From Hallerella sp. (GTDB lineage Bacteria; Bacillota; Clostridia; Oscillospirales; Oscillospiraceae), in NCBI GenBank assembly GCA_963620985.1, contig CAVFCI010000001.1, forward strand, positions 26,093-90,092: a DNA stretch of 64,000 nucleotides, given 5' to 3'. Positions 45,655 to 54,893 of this stretch are shown one piece after another. A program made the position numbers and the translations under genes. The notes beneath the pieces were generated by a model that saw only the letters and a program-made list of their open reading frames with translations, searched no databases and had not been told where the DNA came from. Numbering within the stretch: the stretch's first letter is position 1; every line of letters begins with the position of its first letter.

Positions 45655-45798
45655 ATGAGCGACGATATACTGTGGCAGATCTTTGCCGAGACCGGCGACC
45701 CGATGAGCTGGCTCATGCACAGAGCGTCGGAGAAGCAAAGAGAAAAGCAAGGGAATAAAACAACATCGGCGGAGGAGTGCCCTTCGCCGGAGGACTGA
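45655..45798 (+). CDS. YqzL-family small protein
   Basis: 47-aa ORF (DDILWQIFAETGDPMSWLMH) between era and recO, as yqzL is in Bacillus. GGAGG RBS. Confidence 0.5.
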   Translation: MSDDILWQIFAETGDPMSWLMHRASEKQREKQGNKTTSAEECPSPED

Positions 45799-45808
45799 GC
45801 GATTACAT

Positions 45809-46552
45809 ATGTTTAAAACGACAAGGGGACTTATTCTGCGTGAGGTGCGATACAAGGAGGCCGACAGGATACTCACCGTTCTGACGGAGGATATGGGCAG
45901 GCTGACCGTCAAGGCTCGCGGGGCGCTGCGCAAAAACAGCAAAAACTCGGCCTCGACGCAGCTTCTGGTGTTTTCGGAGCTTACGCTGCTCGAGCGCGGC
46001 GGCTACTGGTCGGTGAGCGAGGGCTCGACGATAGAGGAGTTCAAGGGACTGCGCGGCGATATAAAAGCGCTGTCGCTTGCAAGCTATTTTGCCGAGTGCA
46101 CAGAGGCACTTTCCGAGGAGGGAAACCCCGACCCGCTGCTGCTGCAGCTTATACTCAACTGCCTTTTCGCCCTGTCAAACGGACTGTACCCGCAGGAGCA
46201 TATAAAGACAGCGTTCGAGATGCGCCTGATGGCGCTCGCGGGCTATGAGCCGAACCTCACCTCCTGCTGCGTGTGCGGCTCGTCAGAGCCGGTATCTCCG
46301 CGCTTCAGTCCGCGCAACGGCGTTATCTGCTGCCGCGAGTGCGGCAATGCGCAGGTGCAGGCAAGCTGCGAGCTGTGTCCGGCATCGCTTCAGGCGCTCA
46401 GGTATATAGTATACGCTCCGGCGCGAAAAATGCTTGCCTTCACGCTTCCGGACGATGCGCTCCGGCGAGCGTCAAGGGCAGCCGAGGCGTATCTTCTCAC
46501 GCAGACAGAAAGAAAATTTTCCATTCTCGATTATTGGAGACAGATAAAATAA
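45809..46552 (+). CDS. recO: DNA repair protein RecO
   Basis: GLILREVRYKEADRILTVLT N-terminal OB fold and a CxxC...CxxC zinc motif. Confidence 0.85.
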   Translation: MFKTTRGLILREVRYKEADRILTVLTEDMGRLTVKARGALRKNSKNSASTQLLVFSELTLLERGGYWSVSEGSTIEEFKGLRGDIKALSLASYFAECTEALSEEGNPDPLLLQLILNCLFALSNGLYPQEHIKTAFEMRLMALAGYEPNLTSCCVCGSSEPVSPRFSPRNGVICCRECGNAQVQASCELCPASLQALRYIVYAPARKMLAFTLPDDALRRASRAAEAYLLTQTERKFSILDYWRQIK

Positions 46553-48930
46553 TGGATTTCTACGAAAAATCACTGAACATACTGGAGCTTCCCGCAGTGC
46601 TCGATATGCTCGCCGCAGAGGCGGTCACGGAGGGCGGCAGGGAGGCCTGCCTGGAGCTGCGCCCGAGCGCGGACAGGAGCGATGTCAAAAACCGCCTCGC
46701 GGAAACGAGCGCGGCAAAGGAAATGATGGTCGTGCGCGGCAGCCCCTCGCTGTCCGGCGTTAAGGATATCCGCCCCTCGCTGAGCAGAGCGGATCTCGGC
46801 GGCAGCCTGAACACGGTCGAGCTGCTGAATATCGCCCGCGTTTTGCAGTGCGCACGGCTCGTTAAGGGCTACACCTCCGACGATAAGCTCGGCAAAAGCT
46901 GCATCGACCACCTGTTTGCCGCGCTTCACGCAAACCGCTTCCTTGAAGAGAAGATAACGGGCTCGATAGTAGGCGAGGACGAGATAGCCGATGCCGCGTC
47001 GCCCGAGCTTGCCAATATCCGCCGCAAGATCCGCGCCGCCGGAGCGCGTGTGCGCGACTGCCTGCAAAAGATAATCTCCTCGCCGTCCTACGCGAAGGTT
47101 TTGCAGGAGCCGATCATAACCATGCGCTCGGATCGCTTCGTCGTACCCGTCAAGGCCGAATGCAAGGGCGCGATACAGGGCCTTGTACACGATATCTCGG
47201 CTTCGGGCGCTACGCTTTTCATAGAACCCATGGCGGCGGTCAAGGCAAATAACGAGCTGCGCGAGCTCACGGCAAAGGAAAAAACGGAGATCGAGCGCAT
47301 CCTTGCGGAGCTTTCAGCCGACTGTGCGGCTCACGCAGAGGATATAGCCTCGGACTATTCCTATCTCATAACGCTCGACGGCATATTTGCCCGCGCAAAG
47401 CTTTCGTATAAGCTCGACGGCATAGAGCCGCAGCTGCGCGATAAGGGCGTTGTGCTGCGCCGTGCGCGGCACCCGCTGCTGCCCAAGGACAAGGCCGTGC
47501 CCATAAGCCTTGAGCTCGGCGAGGATTATGATACGCTGATCATAACAGGACCCAACACCGGCGGCAAGACAGTCACACTCAAAACCATCGGACTTCTCAA
47601 CGTCATGGCGCAGTGCGGCCTGCATATACCGGCTGACGACGGCAGCGGTGTTCCCGTCTACGGGCATGTGCTTGCGGATATCGGTGACGAACAGTCCATC
47701 GAGCAGAACCTGTCCACCTTCTCGGCACACATGACGAACATCGTGCATATATTAAACGAGTGCGGCGACAGGTCGCTGCTGCTGTTTGACGAGCTCGGCG
47801 CGGGCACAGACCCCACCGAGGGCGCGGCGCTTGCCATTGCCGTCATAGAGCATGCGCGAAAAATGGGCGCTGACGTTGCGGCGACGACGCACTACGCCGA
47901 GCTGAAGGTCTACGCAACGAACGAAAACGGGATACAGAACGCCTCCTGCGAGTTTGACGTTGAAACGCTCAGCCCGACCTACAGGCTGCTCGTCGGCGTT
48001 CCCGGCAAGTCCAACGCCTTTGCAATATCCGAGCGGCTGGGACTGAGCAGGGACATAATCGACGACGCGAAGGCGCGCATAGGCGTTCAGAACGCAAGCT
48101 TTGAGGCGACGATAGAAAAACTTGAGCAGACAAGGGCGCTGCTCGAACGCGACAGGGCGGAGACCGCAAAAAAGCTGCGCGAGGCGGAGGAAAACGCGAA
48201 AAAGGCGGCGTTTCTGCGCGCCGAGCTCTCCGTGCGGCTCGAAAAGGCCGACGAGAAGGCCCGCCGCGAGGCCGAGCGCATAATCGCCGAGGCACGGGAA
48301 ACGGCGGAGAGCACCTTTGCCGAGCTCGACGATATGCGCAGGAGGATAAACGAGGATGAGCAGGCTCAGGAGGTAAACCGCGCCCGCAGCGAGCTCCGGC
48401 GCAGGCTCAACGAGCAGCAGGGAAAGCTAAAGGCCAAGGAGCCGGAGAAGCCAAAGGAGGACAAAAAATCCGCACGGGAGCTCAGAGCGGGCGACACGGT
48501 CGAGATAAAGTCCATGGGCGTAAAGGCCGAGGTCATAGATATAAATCCCGACGGAACGCTCAATCTCCGCGCCGGAATTATGAGCGTAAAGCTCAAGCCC
48601 GAGGACGTGTACCTCGTTGAGGGTCACGCCGCAAAGCAGAAAAAGCAAAGCGTCAGCATTGCCGGAGGCACAGCGCCGCGTGCCGCCGTGAGCCCAGAGA
48701 TAGATCTGCGCGGCATGGAGAGCATCGAGGCGGTCAACGCCGCCGAGCAGTATATCGACAGCGCCGTTATGGGAAAGCTGAAGACCGTGACCATAATACA
48801 CGGCAAGGGAACAGGCGCACTTCGCGCCGCCGTCCAGCAGATGCTCAAACGCAATAAAGCGGTCAAAAGCTTCAGATTGGGTCGTTTCGGCGAAGGCGAA
48901 AGCGGCGTAACAATAGTCGAATTGAAATAA
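46552..48930 (+). CDS. mutS2: Endonuclease MutS2
   Basis: Walker A GPNTGGKT, Walker B LLLFDELGAGTDP, and a C-terminal Smr domain (IDLRGM...IIHGKGTGALR). TAATG overlap with recO. Confidence 0.9.
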   Translation: MDFYEKSLNILELPAVLDMLAAEAVTEGGREACLELRPSADRSDVKNRLAETSAAKEMMVVRGSPSLSGVKDIRPSLSRADLGGSLNTVELLNIARVLQCARLVKGYTSDDKLGKSCIDHLFAALHANRFLEEKITGSIVGEDEIADAASPELANIRRKIRAAGARVRDCLQKIISSPSYAKVLQEPIITMRSDRFVVPVKAECKGAIQGLVHDISASGATLFIEPMAAVKANNELRELTAKEKTEIERILAELSADCAAHAEDIASDYSYLITLDGIFARAKLSYKLDGIEPQLRDKGVVLRRARHPLLPKDKAVPISLELGEDYDTLIITGPNTGGKTVTLKTIGLLNVMAQCGLHIPADDGSGVPVYGHVLADIGDEQSIEQNLSTFSAHMTNIVHILNECGDRSLLLFDELGAGTDPTEGAALAIAVIEHARKMGADVAATTHYAELKVYATNENGIQNASCEFDVETLSPTYRLLVGVPGKSNAFAISERLGLSRDIIDDAKARIGVQNASFEATIEKLEQTRALLERDRAETAKKLREAEENAKKAAFLRAELSVRLEKADEKARREAERIIAEARETAESTFAELDDMRRRINEDEQAQEVNRARSELRRRLNEQQGKLKAKEPEKPKEDKKSARELRAGDTVEIKSMGVKAEVIDINPDGTLNLRAGIMSVKLKPEDVYLVEGHAAKQKKQSVSIAGGTAPRAAVSPEIDLRGMESIEAVNAAEQYIDSAVMGKLKTVTIIHGKGTGALRAAVQQMLKRNKAVKSFRLGRFGEGESGVTIVELK

Positions 48931-49069
48931 AAGCAATCGAGAAAATTTATTAATAATGTGTAAATCTACGAAATAGACAAAATCAGTTGACCTTTTTTAA
49001 ATAATTTGCTAAAGTAAAGGTAATCTTTTGTGATAAGGTAATCTTTTTGTGTCAAGAGGAGTGGCGAGA

Positions 49070-49333
49070 ATGGTAACCAAAGAAGTAGTTATTAATAATC
49101 AGGTGGGACTCCACGCAAGACCTGCTACTTTCTTCATTCAGAAGGCTAATGAATTCAAAAGCAGCATCTGGATCGAGAAGGAGGACAGGCGCGTTAATGC
49201 CAAGAGCCTGCTCGGCGTTCTCTCTTTGGGCATCGTCAAGGGCACTGCCGTGAACCTTATTGCCGACGGTGCTGACGAGGCAACTGCTGTCGATACGCTT
49301 TCCGAGCTTATCGCATCCGACTTTACCGAGTAA
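49070..49333 (+). CDS. ptsH: Phosphocarrier protein HPr
   Basis: His-15 context GLHARPA and Ser-46 context NAKSLLGV. Confidence 0.85.
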   Translation: MVTKEVVINNQVGLHARPATFFIQKANEFKSSIWIEKEDRRVNAKSLLGVLSLGIVKGTAVNLIADGADEATAVDTLSELIASDFTE

Positions 49334-49357
49334 TATAAGAACAAAAATGAACGAAGC

Positions 49358-49384
49358 TAAGGGCGTGTTGACAACACGCCCTTA
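49358..49384 (+). terminator. Candidate terminator after ptsH
   Basis: TAAGGGCGTGT...ACACGCCCTTA stem with a weak T tract. Confidence 0.4.
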
Positions 49385-49424
49385 TTCGCTATATCTTATT
49401 TGCTGTATACGGAGCAATACTGAC

Positions 49425-50291
49425 ATGAAAAAAGAAAACAGAGCGATACTCGAAATGCTCATATGCGCGGCGCTGTGGAGCATTGCGGGAATATTTATAA
49501 AGCTTATACCGTGGAACTCCTTTGTCATATCCGCGCTGCGGAGCTTTTTCGCGGGACTGACTGTGCTTGCATACATAAAGCTGAAGGGCTACAAAATAAC
49601 AATCAACCGCCATACGCTCGTCCCCGGTGTGCTGCTTGGCATAGTGTATATCGCCTTTGTCGCGGCAAACAAGCTCACAACAGCCGCAAATGCCATCGTT
49701 CTGCAATTTACGGATACGATATTCATAGTCATATTCTCGGCGCTGTTCTTCGGTCAGCGCTTTAAAAAGCGCGACGTGATCGCCGTTATATGCACCTTTA
49801 TCGGCATTGCCATGTTCTTTCTCGACCAGCTTTCCGACGGTTATCTGCTCGGCAACTTCGTTGCCATCTTTGCCGGAGCCTGTCTTGCCGGAATGTTCAT
49901 CACCATGGGCAAGGCCGAGCCGCCCGAGCGCTTTTCGGCGATGCTCATAGGCCAGATATTTGCCTTCCTGTTCGGCCTGCCGTTTATCATAACGACAAAG
50001 CCGGAGCTTTCCGCACTGCCGGTGCTGTATATAATCATCCTCGGCGTTTTGCAGCTGGGCATACCGTATATCCTCTACGGCAGGGCGGCAGAGCACTGCC
50101 CACCGCTTGCATGCAGCCTGCTCGGTGCGGTCGAGCCGCTTTTAAACCCCGTGTGGGTGCTCATATTCGACGGCGAAAAACCCGGCCTGTTCGCCTTCAT
50201 AGGCGGCATTATAGTTATCGTCTCCGTAACGGCGTGGTGCATTGCCGGAAGCAGGGACAGTGAGGAAAAAGATGCGCGAAAAGCTGCTTGA
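49425..50291 (+). CDS. EamA/DMT-family transporter
   Basis: 288-aa ORF with about 10 TM helices and a two-EamA-repeat layout. Start taken at MKKENRAIL. Confidence 0.7.
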   Translation: MKKENRAILEMLICAALWSIAGIFIKLIPWNSFVISALRSFFAGLTVLAYIKLKGYKITINRHTLVPGVLLGIVYIAFVAANKLTTAANAIVLQFTDTIFIVIFSALFFGQRFKKRDVIAVICTFIGIAMFFLDQLSDGYLLGNFVAIFAGACLAGMFITMGKAEPPERFSAMLIGQIFAFLFGLPFIITTKPELSALPVLYIIILGVLQLGIPYILYGRAAEHCPPLACSLLGAVEPLLNPVWVLIFDGEKPGLFAFIGGIIVIVSVTAWCIAGSRDSEEKDARKAA

Positions 50292-52089
50292 AAAGGCAAA
50301 TAAGCTGCCGATGCTGCCGGGCGTGTATATCATGCTCGACGCGGCGGGGCAGGTCATATATGTCGGCAAGGCCAAAAAGCTCAAAAACCGTGTGACGAGC
50401 TATTTTCGAGGCTCGCACCTGCCCAAGGTCGAGGCCATGGTGCAGAAGGTCGCGGACTTCAACGTCATCGTCGTAAGCTCCGAGTTTGAGTCGCTGATCC
50501 TTGAAAACTCGCTTATAAAGCAGCATCAGCCGCATTATAACATCCTTTTAAAGGACGATAAGGGATATCCCTTTATAAGACTGGATAAAAAAGCTCCGTA
50601 TCCGCGCTTTACCATCACTGCGAGCGCTAAGAAAGACGGAGCCGTATACTTCGGCCCCTTCGGAGGCCGGAGCGTTACGCACGATATTATAGATGCAGCG
50701 TCCAAGGCGGTCGGGCTTGCGACCTGCTCAAAGCGCTTTCCACGCGATATCGGCAGGGACAGGCCCTGCCTTAACTACCACATGGGCAATTGCCGCGGCT
50801 GGTGCAGGGGAGAGCCGGCGCAGGAGGAGTACCGCCTCGCCGTCGAGCAGGCCTGCCTCATTCTGGACGGCAAAACCTCTGAACTCGTTGAAGAGCTCAC
50901 GGCGAAGATGCTGGAGGACTCCGAGCAGCTGCGCTTTGAAGCAGCGGCGGAAAAGCGCGACAGGATAAAAGCGATACAGAGCGTTTCCAACAAGCAGAAG
51001 GTCATAGCCACGGCCTTTTCCGATACCGATGCCGTCGGCTTTTCCCGAGGCGCCAAGAGCTGCTTTGTCGTTCTGCATTTTAACGGCGGCTCGCTCACGG
51101 GCAAGGACTTTGAGCTCGTCTCCGAGCCGCTTGAGAGCGACTGCGAGGCGGTATCGTCGTACATGCGCCAGTATTACGCCGCCCTGCGCGGCTCGCTGCC
51201 TAAGAATATCCTCCTGCGCGAAATGCCGGAGGATGCAGAGGCACTCGAGCAGCTGCTTGCGCAGCTTTCCGGCCACAGGGTGAGCATCGAAGCGCCCCAG
51301 AGAGGGGAGAGACTGCGCCTTGTCGAGCGTGCGGAGATGAACGCCTCCGAGGAGATACTGCGAGCCACAACCGTCCAGCAGCGGCGCACCAATACGCTGC
51401 TGTGGCTCCAGAGGTCGCTGGAGCTGCCTGAGTACCCCGGGCGCATCGAGGCCTTTGACGTGTCAAACCTCGGCGACACGGGCATCGTTGCGGCGATGAC
51501 TGTGCACCGTGACGGCAAGCCCTGCAAAAAGGACTACCGCAAATTCAGGATACGCGAGCTGGATATACGCGACGACTATGCGAGCATGTCGCAGGCGGTG
51601 TACCGCCGCTTTGCCCGTCTCAAAAACGGCGACGGCGGCTTTTCGGAAAAGCCGCAGCTGCTGCTCATAGACGGCGGCATAGCTCACGCCGCCGCAGCAG
51701 AAAGAGCGCTCGCAGAGCTCGGCATAAGTGTGCCGGTGTTCGGCATGGTAAAGGACGACCGGCACAGAACGCGGGCTCTGGTCACGAGCGCGGGGCACGA
51801 GATATGCATAAACGGAAACCCCGCGGCCTTTGCGCTTATCGGCAACATTCAGGAGGAGACGCACCGCTTTGCCATTGAATATCAGCGCTCGCTGCGAAAC
51901 GAGAGCTTCGGCTCGGAGCTCAGCTCCATACAGGGTGTCGGCAGCGCCAGGAAAAACGAGCTGCTGCGCCATTTCAAAACGCTCAAGGCGATAAGAGCCG
52001 CGAGCATGGACGAGCTGTGCGCCGCCGTTCCCAAGAATACGGCAAAGGCGGTCTTTGAATACTATCATAAAAACGAGGATGAGACATGA
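50272..52089 (+). CDS. uvrC: Excinuclease ABC subunit C
   Basis: GIY-YIG domain (PGVYIMLD...VIYVGKAKKLKNRV), UVR domain and a C-terminal HhH. Confidence 0.9.
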   Translation: MREKLLEKANKLPMLPGVYIMLDAAGQVIYVGKAKKLKNRVTSYFRGSHLPKVEAMVQKVADFNVIVVSSEFESLILENSLIKQHQPHYNILLKDDKGYPFIRLDKKAPYPRFTITASAKKDGAVYFGPFGGRSVTHDIIDAASKAVGLATCSKRFPRDIGRDRPCLNYHMGNCRGWCRGEPAQEEYRLAVEQACLILDGKTSELVEELTAKMLEDSEQLRFEAAAEKRDRIKAIQSVSNKQKVIATAFSDTDAVGFSRGAKSCFVVLHFNGGSLTGKDFELVSEPLESDCEAVSSYMRQYYAALRGSLPKNILLREMPEDAEALEQLLAQLSGHRVSIEAPQRGERLRLVERAEMNASEEILRATTVQQRRTNTLLWLQRSLELPEYPGRIEAFDVSNLGDTGIVAAMTVHRDGKPCKKDYRKFRIRELDIRDDYASMSQAVYRRFARLKNGDGGFSEKPQLLLIDGGIAHAAAAERALAELGISVPVFGMVKDDRHRTRALVTSAGHEICINGNPAAFALIGNIQEETHRFAIEYQRSLRNESFGSELSSIQGVGSARKNELLRHFKTLKAIRAASMDELCAAVPKNTAKAVFEYYHKNEDET

Positions 52090-52628
52090 GAATAATAAGC
52101 GGAACAAAGCGCGGCAAAAAGCTCAGAGAGCCTGATAATTACGATATACGCCCCACGACCGACATGGTCAAGGAGTCGATGTTCAACATCATCCAGTTTG
52201 ACATCGAGGGCAGGCGGGTGCTCGACCTCTTTGCCGGTACGGGTCAGCTCGGCCTTGAGTGCCTCAGCCGCGGCGCAAGGGAGGTCACCTTCGTCGATCA
52301 GAGCAGGGAGGCCATAGCCATTGTAAAGCAGAATATAAAAAGCTGCGGCTTTGAAGCGCGTGTTGTTCAGAGCGACTCAATAGCCTTTCTTGAGCGCGGC
52401 GCAAGGTTCGACCTTATCCTGCTCGACCCCCCTTATGCGACAAATCTTATAGATAAAGCGCTGCAGATCATCAATTCCGTTGACATCTTGACGGAAAGTG
52501 GTATAATTGTGTGCGAAAGTGGGCGCGAAAAGCCCATGCCGGAGATGAATATGCCCTACTTTAAGTGTAAGGAGTACACCTACGGCAAAGTTAAGCTTAC
52601 TACCTACAGCAGGGAGACAAATACATGA
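52086..52628 (+). CDS. rsmD: 16S rRNA (guanine966-N2)-methyltransferase
   Basis: IRPTTDMVKE, DLFAGTGQLGLE and LDPPY motifs. Confidence 0.85.
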   Translation: MRIISGTKRGKKLREPDNYDIRPTTDMVKESMFNIIQFDIEGRRVLDLFAGTGQLGLECLSRGAREVTFVDQSREAIAIVKQNIKSCGFEARVVQSDSIAFLERGARFDLILLDPPYATNLIDKALQIINSVDILTESGIIVCESGREKPMPEMNMPYFKCKEYTYGKVKLTTYSRETNT

Positions 52629-53113
52629 GCATAGCCATATGCCCCGGCAGCTTCGATCCGATAACGCTCGGCCACCTCGATATCATCCGCCGTTCGGCTA
52701 AGATATTCGACAAGGTCATAGTATGTATAATGTTCAATTCAACGAAAACAAAGCCGATGTTCACGATAGACGAGCGCGTCAATATGGTCAAAAAGGTCGT
52801 CGGCAGCATCCCGAACGTCGAGGTCGATACCTCCGACGGACTGCTTGCAGAGTATGCAAAGCGCTTCGAGGGCGCGGTGCTGGTCAAGGGAATGAGGGCG
52901 ACCTCCGACTTTGAATATGAATTTCAGATGAACCTTATCAATAAGAAAATAAACCCCGCGCTTGAAACGATGTTTCTTGCGTCAAGCGAAAAATATACTT
53001 TCCTGAGCTCGTCCGTTGTGCGTGAAATGGCATCCTACGGTGCCGATCTTTCGGGCTTTGTTCCGTGCGAGATAAAGGAAGAGATAGCTGAAAAGGCAAA
53101 GCAATGGAGGTAG
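52625..53113 (+). CDS. coaD: Pantetheine-phosphate adenylyltransferase
   Basis: PGSFDPITLGHLDI nucleotidyltransferase motif. Confidence 0.9.
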   Translation: MSIAICPGSFDPITLGHLDIIRRSAKIFDKVIVCIMFNSTKTKPMFTIDERVNMVKKVVGSIPNVEVDTSDGLLAEYAKRFEGAVLVKGMRATSDFEYEFQMNLINKKINPALETMFLASSEKYTFLSSSVVREMASYGADLSGFVPCEIKEEIAEKAKQWR

Positions 53114-53117
53114 TAAC

Positions 53118-53630
53118 ATGAGCGAGAAAAATGTTGAGGTAATGGAGCTTATCGAAACTCTGTACAGCATGGTGACCGAGGCATGGGGAGTCCCTCTCGG
53201 AAACGATAAGTGCATAGTAGAGAGAGAAAATGTCCTTGAGATACTCAATGAGATAAAAACGCGCATACCCGTGGAGCTTGCCGAGGCAAAGCGTCTTGTT
53301 TCCGCGCGCGACGAGTTTATCGGCAACGCAAAGCGCGAGGCGGAGTCGATACGCAAGAACGCCGAGGATAAGGCCCGCGCCATGCTCGAGGAGCAGGAGA
53401 TCGTGCGCGTCGCAAAGCAGCACAGCACGGAGCTGGTCAATAATGCCGAGTATAAATCCAAGGAGCTGCGCCGCGTGGCAAACGAATATGTCGATGAGAT
53501 CCTCCGCCGCACGGAGGAGACCGTCGGTGCGGCGCTCAAGAGCATAAACCAGTCAAGAGCGAGCTTCCGCAGTCTTGCAGGCTCCGCGGCTCCCGCGCAG
53601 CCGGTCAGTCAGGACGATGAGGAAGAATAA
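53118..53630 (+). CDS. Hypothetical coiled-coil protein
   Basis: 170-aa ORF, charged and heptad-like (AKREAESIRKNAEDKARAMLEEQE). Function not assigned. Confidence 0.4.
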   Translation: MSEKNVEVMELIETLYSMVTEAWGVPLGNDKCIVERENVLEILNEIKTRIPVELAEAKRLVSARDEFIGNAKREAESIRKNAEDKARAMLEEQEIVRVAKQHSTELVNNAEYKSKELRRVANEYVDEILRRTEETVGAALKSINQSRASFRSLAGSAAPAQPVSQDDEEE

Positions 53631-53733
53631 GAAAGCTTAAAAACCTGCCCCTGTCCGGCATCGGACAGGGGCGTTCTATACCCTTTTTATAAGAAAAATT
53701 CAAAAACCGGACTGATTTTTGTGTAAAAAATTC

Positions 53734-53762
53734 TTGACTGATTTTGTGTAATATGCTACAAT
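53734..53762 (+). promoter_or_regulatory. Sigma-A-like promoter of the str operon
   Basis: TTGACT, 17-nt spacer, TACAAT. Confidence 0.5.
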
Positions 53763-53855
53763 TTCAGTCTGTGTGGGTTAAGTGCGCCCAAAAGTGCGCG
53801 ATCCACGCAAAAACCTTGAAATTCAAGGAATTTTTCAAGAAAGGAGAAATGAAAA

Positions 53856-54278
53856 TTGCCTACGTTTAACCAGCTGGTGAGAAAAGGCAGAGAGAAGTCT
53901 ACCTACAAGTCCAACTCCCCCGCAATGCAGAAGGGTCTCAACACCCTGAAAAATTGCGAGACCGACCTGAGCTCTCCCCAGAAGAGAGGCGTCTGCACCG
54001 CAGTCCGTACCTCTACCCCCAAGAAGCCTAACTCCGCACTGCGTAAGATTGCCCGTGTGCGTCTGACCAACGGTTACGAAGTCACCGCTTACATTCCCGG
54101 TGTCGGCCATAACCTTCAGGAGCATAGCGTTGTTATGATCCGCGGCGGCCGTGTCAAGGATCTCCCCGGTGTTCGTTACCACATCATTCGCGGCACGCTC
54201 GACGCTCAGGGCGTCACGGGTCGTATGCAGGCTCGCTCCAAGTACGGCGCGAAGAGACCCAAGGCTGCAAAGAAGTAA
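53856..54278 (+). CDS. rpsL: 30S ribosomal protein S12
   Basis: [12 protein letters not shown]...[13 protein letters not shown] start after an AGGAGAA RBS. Confidence 0.95.
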   Translation: MPTFNQLVRKGREKSTYKSNSPAMQKGLNTLKNCETDLSSPQKRGVCTAVRTSTPKKPNSALRKIARVRLTNGYEVTAYIPGVGHNLQEHSVVMIRGGRVKDLPGVRYHIIRGTLDAQGVTGRMQARSKYGAKRPKAAKK

Positions 54279-54404
54279 TTTCCAACAAGCAAAATTTTGC
54301 CCTGTTGTCTACTATATAATATTAGACCTCGGGGCGCAGACGGAGCGGCTCAGTTCCGTTCCGAGTACCTGTGAAGTCATTTTTTAATGAAGGAGGGAAG
54401 CACA

Positions 54405-54875
54405 GTGCCCAGAAGAGGTAATGTTCCCAAAAGAGAAATCTTACCCGATCCTATGTACAATAGTGTTCTGGTGACCAAGCTCATCAACGCTATTATGCTG
54501 GACGGCAAAAAGGGTGTTGCTCAGAAGGTCGTTTACGACGCTTTTGACATCATCAAGGAGAAGACCGGCAAGGAGCCCCTTGAAGCCTTCACCGAAGCAA
54601 TGAACAACATCATGCCCAGCCTCGAAGTCAAGGCTCGCCGTGTCGGCGGTGCAACTTATCAGGTTCCTATCGAAGTAAGACCCGCACGCCGTCAGACTCT
54701 CGGCCTTCGCTGGCTGGTCGGCTATGCCCGCAAGCGCGGCGAAAAGACCATGAAGGAGCGTCTTGCAGGCGAGATCATGGATGCCTGCAACAACCTCGGC
54801 GCATCTGTCAAGAAGCGCGAGGATACCCACAAGATGGCAGACTCCAACAAGGCCTTCGCACACTTCAGATGGTAA
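54405..54875 (+). CDS. rpsG: 30S ribosomal protein S7
   Basis: [19 protein letters not shown]... with a GTG start 6 nt after an AAGGAGGG RBS. Confidence 0.9.
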   Translation: MPRRGNVPKREILPDPMYNSVLVTKLINAIMLDGKKGVAQKVVYDAFDIIKEKTGKEPLEAFTEAMNNIMPSLEVKARRVGGATYQVPIEVRPARRQTLGLRWLVGYARKRGEKTMKERLAGEIMDACNNLGASVKKREDTHKMADSNKAFAHFRW

Positions 54876-54893
54876 TCCTATCAGGAGAAGATT

